Source of the DNA: a virus
Lineage: Duplodnaviria; Heunggongvirae; Uroviricota; Caudoviricetes
IMG/VR virus record: IMGVR_UViG_2874945390_000011
Strand: one strand, 5' to 3'
DNA length: 42,488 nucleotides
In this document: positions 20,115 through 29,890 of the stretch, piece after piece
Layout: the number at the start of each line of letters is the position of its first letter
How positions within the stretch are numbered: position 1 is the first letter of the stretch
Notes under the pieces: generated by a model
What the model saw: the letters and a program-made list of their open reading frames with translations, nothing else
Databases searched by the model: none
Told to the model about the DNA's origin: nothing
Made by a program: the position numbers and the translations under genes

Positions 20115-21335
20115 TTACCCTTTACGGTTTGCCCAGAATTCAGCGTTTTGTTTGTTCAGGGAAGCGATACTGGTCATGCCCATGTTTAGGCGCTGTGCAT
20201 CGCCGGTGGTGGCGCGGGTGTTTCGCCCTTTGGCAACCTCAGACACGGCATTAAACGCCATGTCGACCGATTGTTTCGGTAATTTGCGGATATCCGCATC
20301 ACCGACTATCTGGCGAACCAGCGTTTTGTCAGCAGAAGCCAGAACCTCGCGTTTGAACGCGGTCGGTTTCATCTTACGGCTCAGATCGATACCCGGAACG
20401 ATAACTTCGGCACGCCAGGCTGAGTCACCAGTAATCGTGGTTTCCTCTTCATCGTCCTCGCCGTCACCGGTCGGATTATCGTCAGGCTTATTATCGTTAT
20501 CGCCCGTGGCATTTCTTTCCAGCTTAGCCAGCAGGGCTTTCAGTAATGTTTTGAGGTCATCATCACTGTCGCCAGTTGGATCTCCGCCCATCTCTGGTGC
20601 TTTGTCCGGTAGTGGTTGCTGCGGGGACAGGTTGATGTTGAGATTAACGCCCTGCGGCAAATCCCCCTCATCTCCTGTAACCGATGCGGGAGCCGACTCC
20701 ACCAGTTCGTTCATGGTGTCGGCATCTCCTGTCTTGATGGCCGCACGCATGCGGTTCCACCAGTTTTTCTTTTGATTTGCCATTGTGTCTCTGTCTCCAA
20801 TTGCACAACGATTTCCGGCTCTGCCTTTAGGGACAAGAGCCACATGGTTTCCGGTAATATCGACCTGCTCGGCTTTACCTGGCTCGGTCTGCTCGTACTC
20901 CGCGTCATAGCCGCACGACACTTCGCGCAGGCCATCTTCGATAAGCTGAATGGCGCTTTCGTCTTTGACGATAAGGTCAGCCAGCATCAAATCAGACTGC
21001 TCACCCGTCCCGCGCCGGACATTCTGGAGGTGCCCGACAGCAAGCTCTTTCCAGTTCTCGGGATTTACCAGCCGCACATTCCCGTTTTCATCTTCAGGAT
21101 GCAGGATCGTGATGCTCATCCCTTCGAATGAGGCAAGCGTGGCCGGATGGAATACCTGCTCAGGAGAACGCGTGACGACTATTTCACCGAACTTATCGGG
21201 TTTCAGTTTTGGCAGGTCATCAGCACCATAGAGCTGCTTACCTGTTCGTCCTATCGGCACGTCTTTGCACAGCAACGAGCCGTCAGCCAGGCGGTATCGG
21301 GTTTCCCCGAGCCTGGTCTCAAAAAAGTATTTCAT
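20115..21335 (-). CDS. head scaffold / maturation protein-like
   Basis: 406-aa ORF with long acidic low-complexity middle region, between head-morphogenesis and capsid genes. Confidence 0.5.
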   Translation of the reverse strand: MKYFFETRLGETRYRLADGSLLCKDVPIGRTGKQLYGADDLPKLKPDKFGEIVVTRSPEQVFHPATLASFEGMSITILHPEDENGNVRLVNPENWKELAVGHLQNVRRGTGEQSDLMLADLIVKDESAIQLIEDGLREVSCGYDAEYEQTEPGKAEQVDITGNHVALVPKGRAGNRCAIGDRDTMANQKKNWWNRMRAAIKTGDADTMNELVESAPASVTGDEGDLPQGVNLNINLSPQQPLPDKAPEMGGDPTGDSDDDLKTLLKALLAKLERNATGDNDNKPDDNPTGDGEDDEEETTITGDSAWRAEVIVPGIDLSRKMKPTAFKREVLASADKTLVRQIVGDADIRKLPKQSVDMAFNAVSEVAKGRNTRATTGDAQRLNMGMTSIASLNKQNAEFWANRKG

Positions 21336-21338
21336 GGG

Positions 21339-22121
21339 TTATGCTGCCCTTTTCATTGCGAATGGAACGCGAACAAACACGATCTCTTTATAGCAGCGGC
21401 AGTTTGGCAGCTCGCCCGCGTGGCCGGTCATGCCGTCCAAAGTTGGAGGTGAATCCCAGCGGACGAATTTACCTTTCATGTGATCGTGGGAATCTCGGAC
21501 ATCGCCATCATCGGCTGTACGCCAAATATAACCATCCGAGCCAATAGCTATCGCTCGGGCCATATCCAGCGCGCCCGTTGCTCTTCCCAGTTCCGTTCGG
21601 GCAATCAGATCGGCCCTAGACTTAGCAACATCGCCGGTAGATGCAATCTCTTTAGCAAACTGCTCCGCCCGACCACCGGTGACAACAGCTTCTATCGCTT
21701 TGTTCTGGATGTCGTACACCCTGTCTGCGGCCTCGAGAGGCAGAGATTTGATGTACTTGACCTGTTCGGCGATGATGGATTGCATCACCTGGCCCACAGG
21801 AGCGCTTTCCACAAGATTGCGGAGCTCGCGACTGATGTTCTTGCTGTGTTGCCGCCAAACTTTCTCGTTCTGCCGGGTTAGGTCCGCAGTAAAGTTTTCC
21901 GCGACCTTTGTCGCCCAGGGGGTGATGATTTCACTGTAACGCTCCAGCGCCGCAATAATTTCCGTGATACTGTCATTTGAACCATCGTAGCGACCATTTA
22001 CGATGTCTCCGACCGCCCTCGCTATCCTGCGTAGGCTGGTTCGATACCGGATTTCCGCCTGACGGCTCCTGCGGTTCGTCATCAGGTTCGCCGATGCCGG
22101 GCGGCGCTTCATCTTCGGCAT
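21339..22121 (-). CDS. head morphogenesis protein (Mu F / SPP1 gp7-like)
   Basis: Follows the portal gene and contains an NCRC motif (GELPNCRCYKE) recalled from this family; real start probably internal (MTNRR). Confidence 0.6.
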   Translation of the reverse strand: MPKMKRRPASANLMTNRRSRQAEIRYRTSLRRIARAVGDIVNGRYDGSNDSITEIIAALERYSEIITPWATKVAENFTADLTRQNEKVWRQHSKNISRELRNLVESAPVGQVMQSIIAEQVKYIKSLPLEAADRVYDIQNKAIEAVVTGGRAEQFAKEIASTGDVAKSRADLIARTELGRATGALDMARAIAIGSDGYIWRTADDGDVRDSHDHMKGKFVRWDSPPTLDGMTGHAGELPNCRCYKEIVFVRVPFAMKRAA

Positions 22122-23439
22122 TCTCGATGTCCTCGTCGGTAATGGATGCCCCGATGCCGGTTACGTCAGAATTTTCTCGCAAATCAGTCATAGCGGCTTT
22201 CAGTGTCATCAGACCATCACCCAGCGCCGTACTGATTGCGTTGGTGGTGTTTAACGCCACCGTTGAGCGATCGACATCAGACATTTGCCAGAGCGGGTTA
22301 AACTCAAACGTGAAATCGTCCGGCAGCGGCTTGCCAAGTTCCGAACGATGCATGATGTCCAGTATCCGCCGCACAGGAAGACGTAAACGCCTCTCCTGCA
22401 ACGAACTGATGCGATCGTAATAGTTGGCAAGGTCTGCATCACCGGTAGAAAATCCTTTCGGGGACTGTCCGAACAACCGCACCAGTGGGATACCAACAGC
22501 GCCACTAATCTGTTCTGCAAACTGCGAAAGGATGTCATCCAGACCACTGAAGCTGTACTGATGGGTTTCAAACTTATCCCGCGAGTCCATGAGCGTCATG
22601 CCTTCATTACTCTGGAACTGTCGAATCAGGTCGATATTCTTCAGCAACGCTTCATACGCAGGACCACCAAGTGCGATAAGCTCGCGTAGCTTCTCCACGC
22701 TGTAGGTACGCAAATGCGCCTTGTAGACCAGCTGCGCCGCGCCGACAGTAGCGCTGTCGAACGCGGTAAGACGATCCCAGATACGCTCTACAACCGACAT
22801 TCCCCATTCGTTCTCGGTCATCTTCTGCTGAAATGGCAACGTGACGCCATCAAAGCGAATCAGGCGACTGTGATGAATGCGCCAGGCAGGAATTCCCGTT
22901 GCTGTGGTCACCACATCGTAAAACTCAGGTTTACCCAGGTCCGGCCCCATATCTTTAATGCGGCGGGTCAGTGCCGGGTCGACCATCCAGCGGTCGAGCG
23001 GGAGAATCCCCTTAAACTTGCCCTTACCGATGGTTTCGGGTCGCAGCGGGGTCATTGGTGCCTGCCCCTCAATCATGATGAAACCCACCGCGCCGCCGTA
23101 GAGGCGCGACCATTTCAGCACGTCATTCAGCGCATCCCAGATTTGCAACTCATCCAGTTGTGATTCGAGAATGCCACGATCTTTTGCATCAATTTCCGAA
23201 GTGATGCGAATGCCTTTGCGGGTCATATCATCCGGGATAGCATCGACTGCTTCGCCGATGATCCAGGATGAACGATAGGACCATTCCACCAGCATGCGGT
23301 TACGACTGGTGAAATTAGCCCGGTAGGTGGATGCTGAGTGCTGGTTAGGTGTCTGCATCCCTACGCGGGCAATAAAATTCTCATAACCATCAGCTGTGGC
23401 CTGCACAGTTCGCCGCAGGGCTTGTTTGTTTCGTGCCAT
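21973..23439 (-). CDS. portal protein
   Basis: 488-aa ORF directly after the terminase large subunit with acidic C-terminal tail; positional and compositional assignment. Confidence 0.7.
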   Translation of the reverse strand: MARNKQALRRTVQATADGYENFIARVGMQTPNQHSASTYRANFTSRNRMLVEWSYRSSWIIGEAVDAIPDDMTRKGIRITSEIDAKDRGILESQLDELQIWDALNDVLKWSRLYGGAVGFIMIEGQAPMTPLRPETIGKGKFKGILPLDRWMVDPALTRRIKDMGPDLGKPEFYDVVTTATGIPAWRIHHSRLIRFDGVTLPFQQKMTENEWGMSVVERIWDRLTAFDSATVGAAQLVYKAHLRTYSVEKLRELIALGGPAYEALLKNIDLIRQFQSNEGMTLMDSRDKFETHQYSFSGLDDILSQFAEQISGAVGIPLVRLFGQSPKGFSTGDADLANYYDRISSLQERRLRLPVRRILDIMHRSELGKPLPDDFTFEFNPLWQMSDVDRSTVALNTTNAISTALGDGLMTLKAAMTDLRENSDVTGIGASITDEDIENAEDEAPPGIGEPDDEPQEPSGGNPVSNQPTQDSEGGRRHRKWSLRWFK

Positions 23440-24943
23440 CAGGCCTGTCTCCCCAACTGTTCCCAGATATCCAGCGATGTATCGATTGGCGCGAAGGCCA
23501 TAATGAATGCATCAGCAACGTTTGGTGACGGTATCTCGCGTTTTGCGAGGTCTTTTTTACTTTCGACCATCACACGTCCGTTACGGTCGAAATCACGATG
23601 AGGTGTTGTCAGTTCCAGTTTCAGCTTTTCAAGCAACGGACAACGAGAATCTATGCTGATCAGCTCATCCACAGGATACTGTTCTCCGTTGTTAATGGCG
23701 TTAAACGTATTTCTGAAACGGTCAGCCACCATGCCTGAGCCTTAAGATTTGCGAAAAAGTCTTTGTTGGGGATGCCGTTGTACTCGTCATCTGGCTCATG
23801 CACACCAGCACCGGCGTTAAACCTCTGGTAATTCACACGTCGCGCGTATGCGTTCTCGCTCTTCCGGTCAGCGTTAATTTCAGAGAATTTAGCACCGGCA
23901 GACGCACCAACACCGATAGAGTCGTAAACAATATCTGCTTCACGCTCCAGCGCCGCCTGATAAGTACGCTGGCAGCTCTTCAGTAATTCATCTTCTTTGG
24001 CCTTCCATTCGTCGGCCCAGAAAACAACGGATCCGTGACGGTAAACGTTAGCGCACTTATCTGTACCACTGTCAGCCACGTCAAAGCCAATACGCTTTCT
24101 TCCACTGGGTTCGAAATTTAACGTTTTGTGCGCATCCACTGCGGCTTCTATCCAAGACAGTTTGATGATTGTCGCATCATCATCAGACTCCGGAACGCCC
24201 TCATACACATGTTTAAAACCATCCGGATCACGGCGTCGCGCCGCGTCGATAACCTTAAGCATGGTGTCAGACAGAAACGGATTTTCGTCATAGTTAATTT
24301 TGCGGATGAGAGTGCCTTCGGGCGGATCAACAACGAAGTTGCGCCAGACGAAATCAGTAACAAGTCCGGGGTTGAATATGAACCAGCATTCCGAACCCTC
24401 TTTACGGATCGTTGGCTCCAGAATTTTCCACTGGTATTCCGTCAGTGCGTGGGCTTCTTCCAGCCACAACACATCGATCCCCTCCAGTGACTTAATTTCT
24501 TCGATGTTGCGCCATAATCCATAAAAAACAAATTCCGAGCCAGTAACCCGGTTAATGATTTTGTTGTTCAGAATACGGAAACGGTGCCGCAGACCAAACC
24601 TGTCTATCTGAATTTTGAGCAGGGTATACACCGACTCTTCGATTTTATTCTGGATCTGACGGGCACAACAAAAACGCAGGGTGTATTTATTCGACAGAAA
24701 TATGGCAATGCCAGCGGCATCCCATGATTTTGACGATGACCGACCACCATAAAGCACTTTGTTACGTGCCCGCATAGTCCAGAAACTACGTAAAGCCGGA
24801 TTCAGCGTCGGTTTGGATGTCAGAGTAGAAGTCATTGAGGTCACGCTCTCCATTGCCATCATCAATACCTGCATCACGGCGAAGACGATCAGCCTCCAGA
24901 GACACCTTATCAGTGGCGGCCTTGCGGTAGGCTGTATCAGCAA
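23439..24943 (-). pseudogene. terminase large subunit, split by a frameshift
   Basis: ORFs 23660..24943 and 23439..23732 overlap in frames offset by 1; the junction AQAWW / VADRFRNTF reads like one continuous terminase of about 495 aa. The listed start is TTG; true start probably internal. Confidence 0.7.
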
Positions 24944-25532
24944 ATATTTTTCCTACCGTCGCAAGCGTGCCAACGATGGACTCAATACGAACTGTATTGC
25001 GCATCATTGCTTTCTCGGCGGCGCTGATATTTTCAATCAGCATCTTCCTTTCCTGGTCCCCATTAGCATCTTCCAGCGACACCAACCACCGACCAATATT
25101 CTCTGCAGCGACAAGGTTGTTAGCACGAAGGCGAAATAATTCGTCCTCGAGCGTCAACGCTTTAGCGTCCTCTATCACCTCATCTTTGAGCAGAAGGCGA
25201 CGGGCATAACCACCGTGTTTTAATGCCTGCTGGTTACCGGGTTGGAATGGGTTAGTCGGGGGATCGGTACGCATTCCGCGTATCGGTTTCGTATCCGGTG
25301 TAGATTCTGTTTTTAGTTGCGTACTTTTTTGTGTAAGGCCAGTAATGGCAGGCTTTCTGCTGGTACGCACTTTCCTTTTTTGCGTACCATTGCCACTGCG
25401 TGCCCAACCAAGCTTTTTGGCCCTCTTCCTGATAGCCCCTTCTGTAACGCCGTATTTCTCGCCTATATCACGGAGGCTAAGGACTCCGGCCCGGTATGCC
25501 GATTAGATGGCCTCCCAGTCCGGTTTTGCCAT
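24786..25532 (-). pseudogene. terminase small subunit with premature stop at codon 10
   Basis: ATG at 25532 gives MAKPDWEAI then TAA (25503..25505); the same frame continues SAYRAGVLSLRDIGEKYGVTEGAIRKRAKK (HTH) into the 24786..25370 ORF with GNxxALKHG motif. No ATG, GTG or TTG between the TAA and the HTH. Confidence 0.6.
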
Positions 25533-25726
25533 GATTATGCTTCCTGTGATTTACTGTTATCGCTGCCTGTCACAATAGGTTGCTTTAATTCTTCCTCATC
25601 ACTCACTCCTGCGACGCTCCGTGGCAGGGCCCCCCACAGGAGTACCTTGTAAATGTAAGGTGTTTAAGCCTAAATTAAGTCGTATCACGGTTAAATAGCA
25701 AAGAAAAATTCACAGAAGGAAAGACA

Positions 25727-26239
25727 TTGATGGAGTGGATAAATGCTTTGATGAACTATTTTGTACTTCATCCATATCGCCTATGGGGGCTTCTTTTTAT
25801 AATAGCGTTCACAAAATCCACTTTACTCATTTCGGCAATATTGCCACCAGCATCAATTATGATGGCCACTGTAATTACAGTCAGCAAGACGACTCTTTCA
25901 CCATGGGAAGCTGGAATCACGGTCATGAGTGGCGCATGGTGCGGTACTATCGTTAATTACCATCTTGGTATAATAATTGGGCATATCCCTCAACTTGCAT
26001 GTATAATATCGAGCCGTTCCAATACAATAGAACGGGTTCGCCTTCAGTTGCAAAATAACTCTGTGTCAATACTTTTCACTTCGCGCTTTATCGCCGTGCT
26101 GCGTTATATTGCTCCTTTGGTGGCAGGAATGTTGCAACTTCATCCAGTGAAAGTGTATACAGTGAGTCTGATTTCAGCTGCTAGCTGGTCAGCACTTTAT
26201 GTTGGTAGTTTTAGCTTCGTGTTGCCTTTTTTTAGCTAA
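25727..26239 (+). CDS. DedA/YqaA-like membrane protein (moron between lysis genes and terminase)
   Basis: 170-aa ORF with four or more predicted transmembrane segments; on the strand opposite to the late genes; AT-rich upstream region. Confidence 0.45.
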   Translation: MMEWINALMNYFVLHPYRLWGLLFIIAFTKSTLLISAILPPASIMMATVITVSKTTLSPWEAGITVMSGAWCGTIVNYHLGIIIGHIPQLACIISSRSNTIERVRLQLQNNSVSILFTSRFIAVLRYIAPLVAGMLQLHPVKVYTVSLISAASWSALYVGSFSFVLPFFS

Positions 26240-26809
26240 ACTGCCCATAAAAAGCTCTTGCGAATCCAGCTTCCCCCATTCCTCTGACAACAGAATCTGA
26301 TTTGAAGGATAATGAGTAAAATTACCGCTACCCCCAAGGCATTGGATCCAGATGTACTCCTGAAGCATTCTCAATGCTGTCTGGTCGCTGATGATTCCGT
26401 CCCGGATACCGAGAACGTTTCGTCCAGCAACTGGAGAGAGTTCGACGGTGGCATCATTGCCCATGCCGGAGGCGCTGGAGGTTTCGGCTGAGGATGGCAC
26501 AGGGCATTTTCCTTTGACGAGCACCCGACCACCATTATCAAGCTTGCGCCGAAGAGCATCATTTTCAGCTTTCGCATCAGCTAACTCCTTCGTGTATTTA
26601 GCATCGAGTGCATCAGCATCACGCTGGCGCTGCTGCATGTCAGTAATGGTTGCGTTCGCCAGCTTCAGTTCTCTTGCGTTTTTGTCGCGCTGCTCTTTGT
26701 AGGTAATGGCGTTATCACGGTAATGATTAACAGCCCATGACAGGCGGACGATGATGCAGATAACCAGAGCGGAGATAATCGCGGTGACTCTGCTCATTGC
26801 TGCCCCCAC
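26189..26809 (-). CDS. i-spanin Rz
   Basis: N-terminal 110 aa closely parallel recalled lambda Rz ([17 protein letters not shown]...[11 protein letters not shown]...[19 protein letters not shown]); about 50 codons longer than lambda Rz at the C-terminus. Confidence 0.75.
   Translation of the reverse strand: MGAAMSRVTAIISALVICIIVRLSWAVNHYRDNAITYKEQRDKNARELKLANATITDMQQRQRDADALDAKYTKELADAKAENDALRRKLDNGGRVLVKGKCPVPSSAETSSASGMGNDATVELSPVAGRNVLGIRDGIISDQTALRMLQEYIWIQCLGGSGNFTHYPSNQILLSEEWGKLDSQELFMGSLAKKRQHEAKTTNIKC
26371..26577 (-). CDS. o-spanin Rz1 lipoprotein
   Basis: Embedded in the +1 frame of Rz; lipobox-like VVGC then Pro-rich [11 protein letters not shown], as in lambda Rz1. Confidence 0.7.
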   Translation of the reverse strand: MRKLKMMLFGASLIMVVGCSSKENALCHPQPKPPAPPAWAMMPPSNSLQLLDETFSVSGTESSATRQH

Positions 26810-27291
26810 AAACAGACTTCACGCTCAATCTCACGACGGGTCATCAGCCCTTTCCATTGCTTACCGCCAGCATATGTCCAGCGACGTAGCTGGTCACATG
26901 CGCCTTTGATATCGCCCTGGTTTATTTTGCGAAGAAGCGTCGATGTTCTGAAATTGCCAGCGCCCACGTTGTAAACGAACGAGTAAAGAGCGCCGCGCGT
27001 TGTTTCCGGTATATCGACTTTGATGTACGGGTTAATTTGTCTGGCGACAGTGGCAAGGTCTTTATTCAGGAGAGCTTTGCATTCTGCTTCGGTATACGTT
27101 TTACCAGGCATGATGTCTTTTCCGGTGTGTCCGTGACATACAGTCCATACACCAATGATATCTTTGTATGGTATGTAGCTGACACCTTCCAGACCATCGT
27201 TACCACCTGGGCCAGTGATTAACACAGATGCTATAGCAACAGCCCCGCCACCAATAGCAACTGCAACAGCCTTGCGTAATGATGGCGACAT
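26794..27291 (-). CDS. SAR endolysin (phage 21 R-like lysozyme)
   Basis: 165-aa ORF nearly identical to recalled R21: Gly/Ala-rich N-terminal signal-anchor-release segment followed by a lysozyme catalytic region. Confidence 0.85.
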   Translation of the reverse strand: MSPSLRKAVAVAIGGGAVAIASVLITGPGGNDGLEGVSYIPYKDIIGVWTVCHGHTGKDIMPGKTYTEAECKALLNKDLATVARQINPYIKVDIPETTRGALYSFVYNVGAGNFRTSTLLRKINQGDIKGACDQLRRWTYAGGKQWKGLMTRREIEREVCLWGQQ

Positions 27292-27506
27292 TATTCACCT
27301 CTCGCAGCCTTACGCTTATCTTCTCTTATTTTGAAATACAGATTCGTCAGATAAGTCAGAAGCCCCAGAAGCAGACTTCCCAGCACACCAATCGCAGCCC
27401 ACTGTGATGGACTGACCTGATCCAACCACTGCAAAAACCAGTAGCCGGCACTGCCGGCGGAGGTGCCGTAGGCAATGCCTGTTGATATTTTTTCCATCTG
27501 ATACAT
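27291..27506 (-). CDS. pinholin (phage 21 S-like) with dual start motif
   Basis: 71-aa [30 protein letters not shown]... near-identical to recalled S21; Met1 and Met4 give the 71-aa antiholin and 68-aa holin forms. Confidence 0.85.
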   Translation of the reverse strand: MYQMEKISTGIAYGTSAGSAGYWFLQWLDQVSPSQWAAIGVLGSLLLGLLTYLTNLYFKIREDKRKAARGE

Positions 27507-27535
27507 ATCCCGCCCCCCGACAGACCTGTGCTATC

Positions 27536-27572
27536 GGAAAGAAAAAAGGCCATCAGCAAAACTCTGATGGCC
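27536..27572 (-). terminator. rho-independent terminator upstream of the holin gene
   Basis: On the minus strand a perfect 9-bp stem ggccatcag/ctgatggcc with 7-nt loop is followed by TTTTTTCTTTCC, 30 nt before the holin start. Confidence 0.5.
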
Positions 27573-27681
27573 TGAATCACCTTTACCAATATTGTATGAA
27601 AAAACACGCACGTCTAATTGACAATAATTTTCATTTCCATTAAAAAAGATCGCGTAGCATTCTTAATTCATGAGGAACTTT

Positions 27682-27747
27682 ACCCGCCAGCAATCTGAGT
27701 AGCGAAAGCTGTTCATCCCCAATGTTTTTGCTGGCGGGTCCTTTTTT
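27682..27747 (+). other. long-loop hairpin followed by T-tract
   Basis: 12-bp perfect inverted repeat acccgccagcaa/ttgctggcgggt enclosing about 34 nt, then ccttttttc; no plus-strand gene nearby. Confidence 0.3.
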
Positions 27748-28185
27748 CTACGGTCCTCCTCCCCGGAGGGGGCATTTCATTATTTTTCTAATCATTACTG
27801 GTGAGAAGGCGGAAGAAAAAGCCAGTTCTTCGCCCCTAAATAACAGCATGATTCCAGTCCATGCAAAATCTGATTTCCAGCTCACACATACCGAGCACTG
27901 TACAAAAAACCGCCAACCAAGGCAGTTAAGAGTGTGCTCCCGGGGTTTGCTTAGAATATTTTGTAAGTTGTCCGAAGAGATATTTACAACACCAGAATGA
28001 TGCATTATCAGTCCCCTGCCAGAGGTTCACTACGTAACCTGACCGACAATGCACCATTCTGGTGCTGAAAAAAGAGCACTGGAACTGCAACAAAACAACA
28101 TCACAGAACAGGAGATGGTAAGGAGTCAGACATTCCCACACAATATTGTGTCAGTGCAAATAACAACCTTCGTCTCAAATCTCGC

Positions 28186-28260
<75 letters not shown>

Positions 28261-28263
28261 ATA

Positions 28264-28339
<76 letters not shown>

Positions 28340-28341
28340 GC

Positions 28342-28418
28342 TGGCCCACCACCGAGGACTCGAACCTCGCACCGTCAACTTAGAAGGTTGATGCTCTATC
28401 CGGATGAGCTAGTGGTGG
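28342..28418 (-). tRNA. tRNA-Arg (anticodon UCU)
   Basis: CCACCACUAGCUCAUCCGGAUAGAGCAUCAACCUUCUAAGUUGACGGUGCGAGGUUCGAGUCCUCGGUGGUGGGCCA; 7-bp acceptor stem, anticodon stem UCAAC/GUUGA, loop CUUCUAA. Only 1 nt from the next tRNA, so the 5' boundary is uncertain. Confidence 0.65.
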
Positions 28419-28419
28419 T

Positions 28420-28496
28420 TGGTGGCCCTTGCTGGACTTGAACCAGCGACCTGGCGATTATGAGTCGCTCGCTCTGACCAACTGAGCTAAAGGGCC
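28420..28496 (-). tRNA. tRNA with anticodon CAU (Ile2-like, ileX/ileZ type; Met not excluded)
   Basis: GGCCCUUUAGCUCAGUUGGUCAGAGCGAGCGACUCAUAAUCGCCAGGUCGCUGGUUCAAGUCCAGCAAGGGCCACCA; closely resembles recalled E. coli ileX; anticodon loop CUCAUAA. Confidence 0.7.
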
Positions 28497-28583
28497 GGAG
28501 ACAGAATAATAACCATATGTCATCACATCTGCAAACTCATCTGACCACCAGCACGTTTAACGTCCTGTGCCGTTTTTCAGGTA

Positions 28584-28608
28584 TAAAAAAACCCGCATAA
28601 AGCGGGCT
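28584..28608 (-). terminator. terminator-like hairpin downstream of the Q-like gene (tR-prime candidate)
   Basis: Minus strand: stem cccgc/gcggg with loop TTTAT followed by TTTTTTTAT, about 80 nt after the Q-like stop and before the tRNA cluster. Confidence 0.45.
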
Positions 28609-28685
28609 CTTTCAAATGTCCATGTCTGCTATTCGCCTCGCGGTACAGCTTTGCAAAGCGTACAAGAATTGAAGCAGTTTTTACG

Positions 28686-29240
28686 TCAAAAAGCAATAAC
28701 TTTTTTCTCTATACCAAAAGCCATAACCATTGGTTTGTACAAAATAAATTCTGCCACCTTTAGCCAATGCTCAATGCGTCTTTCACAGGTTCTTAAACTC
28801 CATTTCGGGTGTGCATCATTCAGCAGTTCAGCCATTTTGCGTTTGGTCATCCCCCGCCCCTCATACCGTTGCCGAAGGACGCTAATCAATCCTGGATGCT
28901 CTGCCAGCACCTCACTTATGACCCGATCAATACATAACGCCTCTGCATCAGTACAATGCGCCAGCCAGCTCTTTTGCTTACCGTTAATCATATCCCGCAA
29001 AAAAGCCTCAAGTTCAGACTTGTTCAGACCTGCTTTTTTCATCCTCCGGAGCGCCTCGTTAATTGCCGTTTTTGTCAGCTTTTTAGAGGTCAACATCAGG
29101 TTAAACATATTCCCCGTCTTACCGCCACCAATATACGACCAGCGCCCCCACATACGTAGTTTTCCCTGAATCCAGACACTTTCCAGCGTGGTGAGACGAA
29201 GGTGTTCTCCGCTTTTTCCTGTATTCGTTGGGTAAATCAT
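28686..29240 (-). CDS. putative late-gene antiterminator (Q-like)
   Basis: About 185-aa ORF (start taken at internal MIYPTNTG, overlapping the ybcO-like stop) immediately upstream of the tRNA cluster and lysis cassette; positional assignment. Confidence 0.5.
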   Translation of the reverse strand: MIYPTNTGKSGEHLRLTTLESVWIQGKLRMWGRWSYIGGGKTGNMFNLMLTSKKLTKTAINEALRRMKKAGLNKSELEAFLRDMINGKQKSWLAHCTDAEALCIDRVISEVLAEHPGLISVLRQRYEGRGMTKRKMAELLNDAHPKWSLRTCERRIEHWLKVAEFILYKPMVMAFGIEKKVIAF

Positions 29241-29488
29241 AAATATCCCTCCTTTCTCCAGATTTCTTGTGTGCGAAAAACACCTTCTGCATGCATCAGG
29301 CGTAATTCTTCTTTGGTGTAATCGCTGGTTTTTACCCGCCCGTCGATTAAATCGTGGCACGAGCTACAGGCAATCGCTGCCTGCATATCGTGTGGCTTTA
29401 TCGCTGTTCCGCACGTTCCCGCCAGTCGGTAATGCGCCAGCACAGACGTTTCCGGATCGTGATTGCAGTAGCCAGGAATTCTGACGGT
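29237..29488 (-). pseudogene. YbcO-like (DUF1364) nin-region protein, 3' part, disrupted by IS600
   Basis: Translation VRIPGYCNHDPETSVLAHYRLAGTCGTAIKPHDMQAAIACSSCHDLIDGR matches recalled E. coli DLP12 YbcO; the reading frame is broken by IS600 at 29488/29489. Confidence 0.7.
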
Positions 29489-29552
29489 TGAGGTAGCCTG
29501 AGTTTAACGGACACTCCTTCCTGAAATAGAATGGCATCAGAAGGAGCTAATA

Positions 29553-29855
29553 ATGAGCAGAAAAACCCAACGTTACTCTAAAGAGTTCAAAGCCGAAGCT
29601 GTCAGAACGGTTCTTGAAAATCAACTTTCGATCAGTGAAGGCGCTTCCCGATTATCCCTTCCTGAAGGCACTTTAGGACAATGGGTTACCGCCGCCAGAA
29701 AAGGGCTCGGTACTCCTGGTTCCCGCACGGTGGCTGAGCTGGAATCTGAAGTTATGCAACTGCGTAAGGCTTTAAATGAAGCACGACTTGAGCGAGATAT
29801 ATTAAAAAAAGCAACAGCGTATTTTGCACAGGAGTCGCTGAAAAATACGCGTTAG
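29553..29855 (+). CDS. IS600 OrfA (IS3-family transposase N-terminal HTH protein)
   Basis: 100-aa ORF with HTH and leucine-zipper-like C-terminus typical of IS3-family OrfA. Confidence 0.85.
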   Translation: MSRKTQRYSKEFKAEAVRTVLENQLSISEGASRLSLPEGTLGQWVTAARKGLGTPGSRTVAELESEVMQLRKALNEARLERDILKKATAYFAQESLKNTR

Positions 29856-29890
29856 TCGAACAATGGCGACAACAATTCCCTGTTGAAGCG

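Noticed and set aside
21973-22121. Portal C-terminus overlapping the head-morphogenesis gene as a fifth head-module frameshift
   Set aside because: The overlap shrinks if the downstream gene starts at an internal Met, and acidic portal tails are common; insufficient evidence for a lesion.
27722-28141. ORFs 27722..28000 (+), 27748..28005 (-) and 27926..28141 (-)
   Set aside because: Mutually overlapping, no ribosome-binding sites, odd composition and no recognisable motifs in a region bracketed by terminators; considered non-coding.
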